Shown here one piece after another: positions 37,404 through 47,133 of a DNA stretch of 64,000 nucleotides. The stretch is from an uncultured Clostridia bacterium. GTDB lineage: Bacteria; Bacillota; Clostridia; Christensenellales; UBA1242. The position numbers were made by a program, and so were the translations under genes. How positions within the stretch are numbered: position 1 is the stretch's first letter; each line of letters starts with the position of its first letter. The stretch covers positions 10,170 to 74,169 of the forward strand of contig CALWPI010000001.1 of assembly GCA_944383385.1 (NCBI GenBank). Reading direction: 5' to 3'. The notes beneath the pieces were generated by a model, which searched no databases, had not been told where the DNA came from, and saw only the letters and a list, made by a program, of their open reading frames with translations.

Positions 37404-38330
37404 ATGAATATAGGCAAATTTAAGTTAAAAAACAACCTTATATTGGCACCCATGGCAGGCGTTAGCGACGTAGGATTTCGTGCTGTTTGTATCATGTGTG
37501 GTGCAGATTATGGCGTGTGCGAAATGGTAAGTGCCAAAGCACTTATTCATAATAGTAAAAAGACAATTGATTTGCTGACTACATCAAAATATGACAAAAT
37601 CAAAGTAGCACAGATTTTTGGTAACGAACCTGATGTTATGGCAAAGGCTGTGCAACACCCAGCATTAGCCAAATTTGATATTATTGATATCAACATGGGT
37701 TGTCCAGCACCAAAAATTGTCAATAATGGTCAAGGGAGCGCATTGCTAAAAGATATTGCACTTGCTGAACAAATTATTCGTGCATGTGTGCTCGTGACAG
37801 ACAAACCAATTACTGTCAAATTGAGAGTGGGATATAATAATGGCGAGAATGTTGCAGTCGAATTTGCAAAAATGTGTGAAAGGGCAGGCGCAAAGGCAAT
37901 AACTATTCATGGCAGGACAAAAGAACAGGGCTACAGTGGACAAGTCGATTATGACACAATAACAAAGGTCAAACAAGCAGTACACATTCCCGTCATTGGT
38001 AATGGTGACGTGACTGACGCAGATAGTTACGAAAAGATGCTCAAATGTGGTGTTGATGCTGTTATGATTGGACGAGGTGCATTTGGTCATCCACAAATAT
38101 TTGCAGATTTACGAAATAAAAAGAGTAAAAAAACAATATATTATGTAAAGAAACATATACAGATTGATAGAAAATATTTTGAAGATAAAACAATACAAAA
38201 AGAATTAATCAAACATTTCTTGTGGTATGCAAAAGGTTGCAAAAGCACAGCCAAATTGAGAGTGGAAATTGCAAAGCAAAACAATATTGATGACACAATC
38301 AATTTGTTAGAGAAGAATTTGGAGAGGTAG
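37404..38330 (+). CDS. dusB: tRNA-dihydrouridine synthase
   Basis: LAPMAGVSDVGFR ... DINMGCPAPKIV ... ITIHGRT. Confidence 0.9.
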   Translation: MNIGKFKLKNNLILAPMAGVSDVGFRAVCIMCGADYGVCEMVSAKALIHNSKKTIDLLTTSKYDKIKVAQIFGNEPDVMAKAVQHPALAKFDIIDINMGCPAPKIVNNGQGSALLKDIALAEQIIRACVLVTDKPITVKLRVGYNNGENVAVEFAKMCERAGAKAITIHGRTKEQGYSGQVDYDTITKVKQAVHIPVIGNGDVTDADSYEKMLKCGVDAVMIGRGAFGHPQIFADLRNKKSKKTIYYVKKHIQIDRKYFEDKTIQKELIKHFLWYAKGCKSTAKLRVEIAKQNNIDDTINLLEKNLER

Positions 38331-38332
38331 AT

Positions 38333-39508
38333 ATGAAGACAACAATAAAAGATTTAGACGTTAGTGGCAAAAAAGTATTAGTAAGAGTGGACTATAATGT
38401 TCCAATGAAAGACGGTGTAATCACAGATGACACTCGCATCAAGGAGTCTATACCAACTCTAATGTATTTGTTGGACCATGGGGCAAAACTCATTCTTATG
38501 AGTCATTTAGGTAGACCTGAGGGGGTAGACAAAAAATATAGCCTTGCACCAGTTGCAAAAAGATTAAAAGATTTGTTGAATGTAAAAGTTGTCATGAGTA
38601 AAGATGTTGTAGGGCCAGACACACAAGCCAAAGTACAAAAACTTGATAAAGGAATCCTTTTGCTTGAAAACTTACGTTTTGAAAAAGGCGAAGAAACTAA
38701 TGACCCAAAATTTGTTAATAAACTTGCAAAATTAGGAGATATTTATGTAAATGACGCCTTTGGTACTGCACATAGAAAACATGCATCGACATATGGAGTT
38801 GCAGAGAAATTGCCAAATGCTATTGGATTTCTAATGGAAAAAGAAGTCAGCAGTATCAATCGTGCATTCAATCACGCTGAAAGACCATTTACTGCGATAT
38901 TAGGTGGGGCAAAAGTAAGTGATAAATTAAAAATAATTTATTGTTTGCTAGAAAGAGTCGACAATATCATAATTGGTGGAGCTATGGCATATACCTTCTT
39001 GAAAGCCAAGGGGTATAGTGTAGCAAATTCCAAGGTCGAAGATGATATGGTTCAAGATGCTGCAAATATTTTAGCAATTGCTGATGACAAAAAAGTCAAA
39101 GTATATTTGCCATGCGACCATATTGTGACAACTAAAATAGATGATTATTCTAATGTCGAGTATATTAAGACAGCAAACATTCCAGAAGGATATATTGGTA
39201 TGGACATTGGCAAGAAAACAATAAAACAATATTCCAAAGTAATCAAAAAGTCAAAAACAATACTTTGGAACGGACCAATGGGGATGTTTGAAGTCGACAA
39301 ATTTGCTAATGGCACAAAACAAATATGCAAGGCAGTGGCAAAGAGCAAAGGATATTCTATCGTTGGTGGTGGAGACAGTGCGAGCGCAGTAGTCAAATTT
39401 GGTTACAAAAACAAAATTAGCCACATAAGTACTGGTGGTGGTGCAAGCCTAAAAATGTTTGAAGGTAAGGAACTGCCTGCATTGCAAGTAATAACTGACA
39501 AAAACTAA
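38333..39508 (+). CDS. pgk: Phosphoglycerate kinase
   Basis: VLVRVDYNVP ... SHLGRPEG ... STGGGASL. Confidence 0.97.
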   Translation: MKTTIKDLDVSGKKVLVRVDYNVPMKDGVITDDTRIKESIPTLMYLLDHGAKLILMSHLGRPEGVDKKYSLAPVAKRLKDLLNVKVVMSKDVVGPDTQAKVQKLDKGILLLENLRFEKGEETNDPKFVNKLAKLGDIYVNDAFGTAHRKHASTYGVAEKLPNAIGFLMEKEVSSINRAFNHAERPFTAILGGAKVSDKLKIIYCLLERVDNIIIGGAMAYTFLKAKGYSVANSKVEDDMVQDAANILAIADDKKVKVYLPCDHIVTTKIDDYSNVEYIKTANIPEGYIGMDIGKKTIKQYSKVIKKSKTILWNGPMGMFEVDKFANGTKQICKAVAKSKGYSIVGGGDSASAVVKFGYKNKISHISTGGGASLKMFEGKELPALQVITDKN

Positions 39509-39518
39509 TTGGAGAGAT

Positions 39519-40253
39519 ATGAGACACAAAATAATAATTGCCAATCACAAAATGAATATGACAGAAGAAAAGTACAAAAAATTTTTTCAAACTCTTTGTG
39601 ATATGGACATCAAGTCTTCAAATAATAAATGTATAGTTTTTGTGCCTTATCCATATTTGTTTACTAAACATAAATACAATCCACCATGTCTAATAGGTGC
39701 TCAAAATATTAGCAAACACATATCGGGTGCTCATACAGGCCAAGTAAGTATTGGCATGCTCAAAGATATGGATTGTGATGCGATTTTGTTGGGACATAGA
39801 GATGTTCGAAGATGTGGCGATACTGATAGTGATATCAATGCAAAAATAAAATTAACAAAAAATAGTGGCATGTTTGTAGTGCTTTGTGTTGGTGAGACCA
39901 AAGAACAAAAAAATGCAGGGCAGACATTATCTGCTATTAGGGAACAATTATCTATTGCTCTTGATGGATTGGATAAGCGAGACAAACTTGTGCACGCTAT
40001 TGCATATGAGCCAATTTGGACAAACGAAGAAAAAGTAACACCGACACAAAATGAAATAGAAAAAATGTGTTTGTATATAAAAAGTCTTGTAAAAAAACTG
40101 ACAGGTCAAGATGTTTATGTGTTGTATGGTGGCAATATTGATGACAAAAATGCAAAAGAAATATTAGACTTGCCACACGTTGATGGCGTTCTAATTGGTG
40201 CAAACAGTCTGGATGCAAAAAAATTAGCGTCAATAGTAAAGGGAGAATTATGA
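39519..40253 (+). CDS. tpiA: Triosephosphate isomerase
   Basis: IIANHKMN ... GHRDVRR (divergent from the usual GHSERR) ... AYEPIWT ... YGGN. Sits between pgk and gpmI. Confidence 0.9.
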   Translation: MRHKIIIANHKMNMTEEKYKKFFQTLCDMDIKSSNNKCIVFVPYPYLFTKHKYNPPCLIGAQNISKHISGAHTGQVSIGMLKDMDCDAILLGHRDVRRCGDTDSDINAKIKLTKNSGMFVVLCVGETKEQKNAGQTLSAIREQLSIALDGLDKRDKLVHAIAYEPIWTNEEKVTPTQNEIEKMCLYIKSLVKKLTGQDVYVLYGGNIDDKNAKEILDLPHVDGVLIGANSLDAKKLASIVKGEL

Positions 40254-41764
40254 AGTTTGTAGGACTTATTATTCTTGATGGATTTGGACTGAGAAAATCA
40301 AAACGTGGCAATGCAGTAAAAATTGCAAATCCAAAGAATATAAAAAAATATTTTAAGAATTATAGTTTTACCACACTAAAAGCGAGTGGGGTTAGTGTAG
40401 GTTTGCCTGCTGGACAAATTGGCAATAGCGAAGTAGGCCACTTGAATATTGGTGCAGGTAGAGTTGTGTATCAACCATTGCTGCAAATAAATAAAGACAT
40501 TGAAAGTGGTGTGTTTCAACAAAACAAAGAATTATTAGCTAGCCTACAATATGCAGAACAAAACAAAAAGAGCGTGCATATTATGGGACTGCTTTCTAAT
40601 GGTGGAGTGCATAGTCACATCAATCATTTGATTGCGATTTGTAAAGTCATAAAAAATTATGATGTCAAAGCCTATGTGCATATCATAACTGACGGTCGTG
40701 ACACATACCGTGACAGTGCAAATCAATACATTAAAACATTACTTGAAAATATAGAACACACAAATATATCAATTGCAACCATTTGTGGCAGATATTATGC
40801 AATGGATAGAGAAGATAATTATGATAGAGTAGAACAAGCATACTTGAATATGACAAAACACACAGGACACAAACTAGAAAGCATAGGTCAAATTGAAAAT
40901 TATCTCAATCAAAGTTATCAAAATGGAACATATGACGAATTTATCGAACCAGCATACATTGACGACAAAAATAATTTATCAAATGGTGATGTTGTCATAT
41001 TCTATAATTATCGTGAAGACCGAGCAAGAGAGATAACTCGTGCACTTGTTGAAGATAATTTTGATAAATTTAATAGAGTGGTCAAAGACATATATATGGT
41101 ATGTATGACACAGTATGATGACAATTTTACACACACTCATGTAATGTACGACAAAGTGCATATTGATGACAATTTGAGTAGTGTGATAAGCAAAAATAAT
41201 TTATCTCAATTCAAAGTTTCAGAAACAACCAAATATGCACACGTTACATTTTTCCTAAATGGTGGCATTGAAAAACCATATCCAAATGAAGACAGATTTT
41301 TGATTGAAACAATCAAGGCAAAGAGTTTTGATATGTATCCAAAAATGCGTGTAAAAGAAATTACAGACACAGCCATTGAGAAGATATTGTCACAAAAGTA
41401 TAGTTTTATGGCATTAAATTATAGTAATTGTGATATGTTGGGACATACAGGCAATTTAGAAGCCACTGTTGAAGCAATCAAATATATCGATTGTGAACTA
41501 GATAGATTAGTCAAGACTATTTTGAGTATTGGGGGTGTGGCAGTAATATGTGCTGACCATGGCAACTGCGAAGAAATGATTGATAGACATGGTCGCGTTC
41601 TTACTGACCACACGACAAACGTTGTACCATTTTGTATTGTTGATAGCAAAAAATATAAATTGCAAAAAGGAGCACTTTGCAATGTTGCTCCAACTATTCT
41701 TGATTTGCTGGGCATTCAAAAACCCGAAACATATACAGCACAATCGTTAATAAAACATAGATGA
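40250..41764 (+). CDS. gpmI: 2,3-bisphosphoglycerate-independent phosphoglycerate mutase
   Basis: LIILDGFGL ... GNSEVGHLNIGAGR ... ITDGRD ... ADHGN. ATGA overlap with the tpiA stop. Confidence 0.96.
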   Translation: MKFVGLIILDGFGLRKSKRGNAVKIANPKNIKKYFKNYSFTTLKASGVSVGLPAGQIGNSEVGHLNIGAGRVVYQPLLQINKDIESGVFQQNKELLASLQYAEQNKKSVHIMGLLSNGGVHSHINHLIAICKVIKNYDVKAYVHIITDGRDTYRDSANQYIKTLLENIEHTNISIATICGRYYAMDREDNYDRVEQAYLNMTKHTGHKLESIGQIENYLNQSYQNGTYDEFIEPAYIDDKNNLSNGDVVIFYNYREDRAREITRALVEDNFDKFNRVVKDIYMVCMTQYDDNFTHTHVMYDKVHIDDNLSSVISKNNLSQFKVSETTKYAHVTFFLNGGIEKPYPNEDRFLIETIKAKSFDMYPKMRVKEITDTAIEKILSQKYSFMALNYSNCDMLGHTGNLEATVEAIKYIDCELDRLVKTILSIGGVAVICADHGNCEEMIDRHGRVLTDHTTNVVPFCIVDSKKYKLQKGALCNVAPTILDLLGIQKPETYTAQSLIKHR

Positions 41765-41856
41765 TTTTATAAATTAAATGCAACTGAATGTTTACTATAA
41801 AATATTGACTACAAAATAATATTCGTGTAAAATAAAAGAGTAATGAGGATAAAATT

Positions 41857-42078
41857 ATGTTAAGAGAATATTGGGAAAAGTTTTATAACTTCTTTATCAG
41901 GGAAGTCTCAACTACGACAAAGGCAATCACGCTTTGTGTGCTTATTGGACTTTCATTTCTATTCCTTGTGCTTTCGTTTAGAGGCAAGGGAAGTGGTATT
42001 GTAAACACTTACATATTCTTCTTTTTATCGATAATTTGTGCTGGTCTTGCTGTTGCTTATTCAATTATGACCAATTAG
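41857..42078 (+). CDS. Small two-TM membrane protein, function unknown
   Basis: 73-aa ORF behind a TTGACT-17 nt-TAAAAT promoter and a GAGGA SD. Two hydrophobic segments; terminator downstream. Confidence 0.45.
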   Translation: MLREYWEKFYNFFIREVSTTTKAITLCVLIGLSFLFLVLSFRGKGSGIVNTYIFFFLSIICAGLAVAYSIMTN

Positions 42079-42107
42079 CAAATTTTACATGTTTTAAGAG
42101 AAAAATG

Positions 42108-42140
42108 AGAAAATTTTGAGTTTGTACTCAAAATTTTTTT
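42108..42140 (+). terminator. Intrinsic terminator
   Basis: aaaattttgagt-ttgt-actcaaaatttt followed by a T-run. Confidence 0.75.
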
Positions 42141-42199
42141 AGACATTTGTTTGATATATATAAAAAATATGATATACTTATTGAAGTATTGGAGGAGAT

Positions 42200-42517
42200 A
42201 TGAACCTATTTAGTATGTTAAATGCTGATAAACCAGTTGCAGAATGGGTTAGCACAGCTATACCTATTATTCAAACAATATTTCTTATATTGATTGTTTT
42301 ATTTTCAATAGCAATTATTGTGTCCGTTTTGTTTTCGCCAAGCGATATGGATAACGGAAATGCAATAACAGGTTATAACGATAGTTTTTATAGTCATAAC
42401 AAAGGTTTTACCCGTGAAGGAAGATTGAAAAGAGTAATTATAGTATCTGCTATTTGCATTTTGGTATTATCATTATTGTATTTCTTATCGTTCTTTATTT
42501 ACAAGGGTGCATTATAA
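42200..42517 (+). CDS. secG: Preprotein translocase subunit SecG (long form)
   Basis: Two TM helices flank a G/N-rich loop (GNAITGYNDSFYSHNKGFTREGRLKR). Lies just upstream of rnr-smpB, a position secG occupies in many Firmicutes. Confidence 0.55.
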   Translation: MNLFSMLNADKPVAEWVSTAIPIIQTIFLILIVLFSIAIIVSVLFSPSDMDNGNAITGYNDSFYSHNKGFTREGRLKRVIIVSAICILVLSLLYFLSFFIYKGAL

Positions 42518-42524
42518 GAATATG

Positions 42525-42549
42525 ATGGCTCATCACGAGCCATTTTTTG
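42525..42549 (+). terminator. Intrinsic terminator
   Basis: atggctc-atcac-gagccat followed by T6. Confidence 0.8.
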
Positions 42550-42563
42550 ATTTTTGAGGTAAT

Positions 42564-44777
42564 ATGGAAAAGAAAATTTTAGAACAAATAAAAATAAACA
42601 AATTAGACCAATTAGAATATGGATTTATGATAGCGCAACTTTGCGTTCTCAATAATGAACCATATGAGCAAATGAGTGCAGTTGTTAAAAAATTAGTTGA
42701 TAGTGGCAAACTAAAATTAAAGAGTAAACAAAAGACACAAACGGATAAAATTGACAAAGCTACTGTTCGCGAGGCTAGACGTCAAAAAAATAGTAGTGAT
42801 GATGAGTTGGTTGAACAAGCCATGAAAATGCTATATCCTGACCCAAGGAATAAGAAAAAATTGAGTACCAGAGTGGTAGGCAAAATTAGTGCAACATCTC
42901 ATGACTATGCATTTTTGGTGCCAAATGATATAACTATGGAAGATGTCTTTATCGGTGCGCGTGATTTGCACGGAGCAATGAATAATGATATTGTTGAGGC
43001 CGAAGTCGAATATCGTAGCAGTGGTAAGTCGCACGGTCGTGTGCTAAAAATCATTGAAAGGGCCAATATAAAGGTTGTAGGACAAATCAAATTGACAAGA
43101 AAAGGAGCCATTGTCGAACCTGATGATGTCAAATTTGGTAAAGATATTCATGTTGCGCTCAAAGATACAATGGGGGCAAATGATGGGGACAAAGTTGTTT
43201 GTCACATTACCCAATTTTTCGAAGGTAAAAGGAGTCCAATTGGCAAAGTAACCGAAGTCCTTGGCAAACCAAGTGAGATTGGTACAGAAGTGCTTGCTAT
43301 TATGAGGAGTTATAATCTCTATGATGATTTTCCTAAAAATGTAAAAGAAGTTGCTGAAAGCATGCCTCAAATGGTTGATAAGACAAAATATAAAAATAGA
43401 AAAGATTTGACAAGACAACTCATATTTACTATCGACGGAGAAGATACAAGAGATATTGATGATGCTGTATCACTAACAAAAAATAAAAATGGCACATACA
43501 CTCTTGGCGTTCATATTGCTGACGTAGGAGAATATGTCAAACAAAATAGTATAATTGATAACGAAGCATTCAAACGTGCAACATCTGTTTATTTTCCTGA
43601 CCGAGTTTTGCCAATGCTACCAAGAGAGTTGAGTAATGGTATTTGTTCGTTAAATGAGAGGGAAGATAGACTGGCTCTTTCATGTGTTATGGATATTGAC
43701 AGCAAAGGCATTGTCAAAAAATATGATATATTTGAGAGCATTATAAATAGCAAAAAAAGATTCACTTATACGCAAGTGCAAGGCATTTTGGACGGAGATG
43801 CAAAATTGTGCCAAGAATTTGCGCAATTTAGACAAACATTGCTTGATATGAATGAATTATCACATATCTTGATAAAAATGCGTGAAAATCGTGGAGCAAT
43901 TGACTTTAATTTTCCAGAAGTAGCAATTACCTTAAATGATTTAGGAGACGTATTAGAAGTAAAAGAAAAAGAAAGAAAAGATGCACATAGACTCATTGAA
44001 TCATTTATGATAGCTGCAAACGAATGCATAGCAGAACACTTCTTGAAAGCAAAAGTGCCATTTGTATATCGTATTCACGAGACACCAAGTGAAGAAAAAA
44101 TGAGCAGTTTCTTAAATTTAGTTACTAATTTTGGCATTGAAACAAAGGCAAATCCAGCCAAAGTAAAACCTATTGAACTACAAAAAATTCTCAAAAAGGC
44201 AAGCACACTAGATGCAAAAGATATGATAAGTCAAATTTGTTTGCGCAGTTTGAGAAAGGCAAAATACAGTCAAGAGTGTCTAGGTCACTTTGGACTTGCA
44301 AGTACATATTATTGTCATTTCACTTCTCCAATTAGAAGATATCCTGACCTTACTATTCATAGAATAATAAAAGATGTTTTGCATGGTGACATGAAAGGAC
44401 AAAAATTGTCTAATACCAAAAACTTTGTAATTGTCAGTTCTGCACAATCGTCAGAAAGGGAAGTGCTGGCAGAAAATGTAGAACGTGACGTAGATGATTT
44501 ATACAGAGTGTTCTATATGTCTCACCATATTGGCGAAGAGTTTACGGGCAAAGTGTCAGGAGTGACCAACTTTGGTGTATTTGTCGAACTTGACAACACT
44601 TGTGAAGGGCTTGTGAGTATGGAAGACTTGCCAAAAGACAATTATGAATATAGAGACGACAAGTATGCGCTTGTTGGCAAAAATAATACTTATTATATTG
44701 GCAAACCAGTCAAAGTAAAAGTCATAAGAGCCGACATATTGTCACGTGAAATTGATATGATTTTAGTTCAAGAATAA
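42564..44777 (+). CDS. rnr: Ribonuclease R
   Basis: RNB domain motifs FTIDGEDTRDIDDAVS and YFPDRVLPMLP; C-terminal S1 domain FTGKVSGVTNFGVFVEL. Confidence 0.95.
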   Translation: MEKKILEQIKINKLDQLEYGFMIAQLCVLNNEPYEQMSAVVKKLVDSGKLKLKSKQKTQTDKIDKATVREARRQKNSSDDELVEQAMKMLYPDPRNKKKLSTRVVGKISATSHDYAFLVPNDITMEDVFIGARDLHGAMNNDIVEAEVEYRSSGKSHGRVLKIIERANIKVVGQIKLTRKGAIVEPDDVKFGKDIHVALKDTMGANDGDKVVCHITQFFEGKRSPIGKVTEVLGKPSEIGTEVLAIMRSYNLYDDFPKNVKEVAESMPQMVDKTKYKNRKDLTRQLIFTIDGEDTRDIDDAVSLTKNKNGTYTLGVHIADVGEYVKQNSIIDNEAFKRATSVYFPDRVLPMLPRELSNGICSLNEREDRLALSCVMDIDSKGIVKKYDIFESIINSKKRFTYTQVQGILDGDAKLCQEFAQFRQTLLDMNELSHILIKMRENRGAIDFNFPEVAITLNDLGDVLEVKEKERKDAHRLIESFMIAANECIAEHFLKAKVPFVYRIHETPSEEKMSSFLNLVTNFGIETKANPAKVKPIELQKILKKASTLDAKDMISQICLRSLRKAKYSQECLGHFGLASTYYCHFTSPIRRYPDLTIHRIIKDVLHGDMKGQKLSNTKNFVIVSSAQSSEREVLAENVERDVDDLYRVFYMSHHIGEEFTGKVSGVTNFGVFVELDNTCEGLVSMEDLPKDNYEYRDDKYALVGKNNTYYIGKPVKVKVIRADILSREIDMILVQE

Positions 44778-44856
44778 TAAAAATTACCTAAAAATAAGAA
44801 AAATATAAGTTTACTATTGAAAAAAAATAAAAATGTGTTATAATAGGAGTGTGGCA

Positions 44857-45306
44857 ATGAAAGTGATTGCAACGAACAAAAAAGCATATTTTGACTATTT
44901 TGTCATTAAGTCCTACCTTTGTGGCATAAAACTGGCAGGTAGTGAGGTAAAAAGCATTCGAAAGGGTGATTGTAACCTCAAAGACAGTTTTGTCGTAATT
45001 GATAGGAAGGGCGAAGTGTACGTCAAAAATATGTACATCAAGCCATATGAAAAATCGACATCTTATGCTTGTGACCCACGTGCAAGTCGAAAATTATTGC
45101 TACATCGTAGCGAAATTGACAAACTAAACTCACAGGTCAAAGAGAAGGGATTGACTATTGTGCCATTACAACTTGGCATGGAAGGAAATCTTGTAAAGTT
45201 GGAGATAGGGCTTGTTAGAGGAAAGCATACTTTTGACAAAAAAAGAGTGCTTGCCGAAAAGGACCAAAATAGAGACTTGGAAAGACAACTTAAATTTGTT
45301 CGCTAA
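44857..45306 (+). CDS. smpB: SsrA-binding protein SmpB
   Basis: AGGAGT SD before ATG 44857 (track ORF starts at 44833). The product reads MKVIATNKKAYFDY ... LLLHRSEIDKL. Confidence 0.95.
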   Translation: MKVIATNKKAYFDYFVIKSYLCGIKLAGSEVKSIRKGDCNLKDSFVVIDRKGEVYVKNMYIKPYEKSTSYACDPRASRKLLLHRSEIDKLNSQVKEKGLTIVPLQLGMEGNLVKLEIGLVRGKHTFDKKRVLAEKDQNRDLERQLKFVR

Positions 45307-45316
45307 CACATTTTGT

Positions 45317-45667
45317 GGGGGCGACTGGTTTCGACGGGTCAAGATAGTTTGGTTTAGCACGAGGTAGGCTCGACTACCATAAAACGGAAATTAAATTTAA
45401 TTGCAGATTACAATTCTGTACCAGTTGCTGCTTAATTTAGCGTAATGCAACTTGTCTACATTCTGGACCGACGACAGATTGTGGGCATTAGTTAGTCGGC
45501 ACCTGTTGTGTATGATTTCTATAATATGCAATGGATTTTATAGGACGAATATGTGTGAGTTTGTATGCACTGCAACATATATTTGAAAAATAAGTGTGTA
45601 CTAATCGTGTAGAAGGACTGAGTGATTCTTTTCTCGGACGCGGGTTCAATTCCCGCCGCTTCCACCA
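45317..45667 (+). ncRNA. ssrA: tmRNA (SsrA)
   Basis: The 5' end is GGGGGCGACTGGTTTCGACGGG. The 3' end is GGACGCGGGTTCAATTCCCGCCGCTTCCACCA. The tag ORF ends ...GCA GAT TAC AAT TCT GTA CCA GTT GCT GCT TAA (45403-45435), giving a likely tag of ADYNSVPVAA; the resume codon is uncertain. Confidence 0.92.
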
Positions 45668-45709
45668 ATTAATTAAACGTGGAAATATTATCAAATCTAG
45701 GGGGATGGT

Positions 45710-46918
45710 ATGGAAATATTTTTAGATATTCTTGGAGTATTGGCAATTGTTGGTATAGGTAGTTTGGTTGTTATATTGATTGCTGAGTTTTTGATTTCAT
45801 TATTCGATAAACACCAAGGCGTTTTCTTCAATCGTGCAAAGAAAGAAAAAAAAGTTGTTGAAGAAGTGCCAAATGATAATGTGAATATGGCAACAACATC
45901 AGCATACATACCTTATACTTATGAAGAACCAAAGGCAGAAGTCGTTGACACAACTGTTAACGAACAAAAAGCAAAAGAAGAGGAAAAACTTCTCGCTGAA
46001 CAGGACGATTTTGATGAGGATGAGGACGAAGAAGACCCAGAGTTTTTGGCACTTATGGACAGCATCCATAGTGAAGCACTCGCTCAAAAGACAGAGGAGC
46101 CAGTCAAAGTAGAACCTGTTGTTGAAGAAAAGGTTGAAGAAAAAGTAGAGCCAATTGAGCCAAAGGTCATTGTTGTAAAACAAGAAGTGAGAAAAGATGA
46201 CAGTGCCGAAGTCAAAAGATTACGTGAATTGCGCACATCTATTCTAACCAAGAAAAAAGCATCACAAGACCTTGAAAAAGCAAATAACGAAGAACTTGCA
46301 AAGAGAATGCAAGAACTAAACGAACTCAAAGCATATAAGATTCAATCTCGACAAAATATTATTAAACTCAAAGCTGAAACACTAGAAGAAATCCAAAAAC
46401 AACAAGACGAAAATGATGAATTGCGTAAAGAAGTTGCAAAACTCAAAAAACAAACTTCATCAAAACCTTATTTTACACGCGAATATTACGAAGAAAAGAA
46501 AGTAAAAATCGAAGCAGATATTGCCGAAGCAGAAAAAGAACTCAAAGTAAATAAGAGAGAATATTTGCCATTAAAGAGAGTGCAAAGAGCATACGAAAGA
46601 GATAGTGAAAAACTACGCAAAAAAGAGATTTCTGTTGCAAAACAAAAAATCAGTTTGTATGGTGTAGGTTCTGCAAAAGCAGTTGATGCCGAAAAGAAAC
46701 AAAAACTTGATGATGAAGTCAAATTGTTGAACGAATTGAAAGACAGTGTATTTAGTTGTGAACAAGTATTGAAAACAAATAAAGATAGACTATCAGCACT
46801 TGAAAAGACAAACAAAGTCTTGACAAGACAACTAGACAAACTCAACGCAGACTATACATCAGTCAAAGAAGCAATTGCTTGGTATGACAAAAACGCTTCT
46901 GGTAATGATAAGAAATAA
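45710..46918 (+). CDS. Single-pass membrane protein with an acidic linker and a long K/E-rich coiled coil; function unknown
   Basis: GGGGGA SD. The N-terminal TM is MEIFLDILGVLAIVGIGSLVVILIAEFLI, followed by the acidic run EQDDFDEDEDEEDPEF and then heptad-like K/E sequence to the end. Confidence 0.7.
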   Translation: MEIFLDILGVLAIVGIGSLVVILIAEFLISLFDKHQGVFFNRAKKEKKVVEEVPNDNVNMATTSAYIPYTYEEPKAEVVDTTVNEQKAKEEEKLLAEQDDFDEDEDEEDPEFLALMDSIHSEALAQKTEEPVKVEPVVEEKVEEKVEPIEPKVIVVKQEVRKDDSAEVKRLRELRTSILTKKKASQDLEKANNEELAKRMQELNELKAYKIQSRQNIIKLKAETLEEIQKQQDENDELRKEVAKLKKQTSSKPYFTREYYEEKKVKIEADIAEAEKELKVNKREYLPLKRVQRAYERDSEKLRKKEISVAKQKISLYGVGSAKAVDAEKKQKLDDEVKLLNELKDSVFSCEQVLKTNKDRLSALEKTNKVLTRQLDKLNADYTSVKEAIAWYDKNASGNDKK

Positions 46919-46920
46919 TA

Positions 46921-46949
46921 AAAAAGCAAGAAATTTTCTTGCTTTTTTT
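46921..46949 (+). terminator. Intrinsic terminator
   Basis: aaaaagcaagaaa-ttt-tcttgcttttttt. Confidence 0.85.
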
Positions 46950-47133
46950 GTGTTGATTTACAAAACGTGTTATATTATCATATAAATATTGTATAATAAA
47001 TAAGAAGAAAACAATAATATTTAGGTTTATAATATCGCCTAGAACAGCAATTATTGTGTATAATTATTACGTATAACAATGATTATCTCTATGGTGATTT
47101 TGATATATATTTTGTTTGAAATTTGAGGTGACA

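Noticed and set aside
38333-41764. Glycolytic cluster pgk-tpiA-gpmI without adjacent gap or eno
   Set aside because: The missing genes can be located elsewhere in the genome. Absence from this window is not evidence of loss.
45488-45694. 68-aa - strand ORF
   Set aside because: It lies entirely within the tmRNA gene.
47079-47126. 15-codon hydrophobic upstream ORF (MIISMVILIYILFEI) whose stop overlaps the SD of the patatin gene
   Set aside because: It has no SD, and such short AT-rich ORFs arise by chance. It is worth testing only if ribosome profiling data exist.
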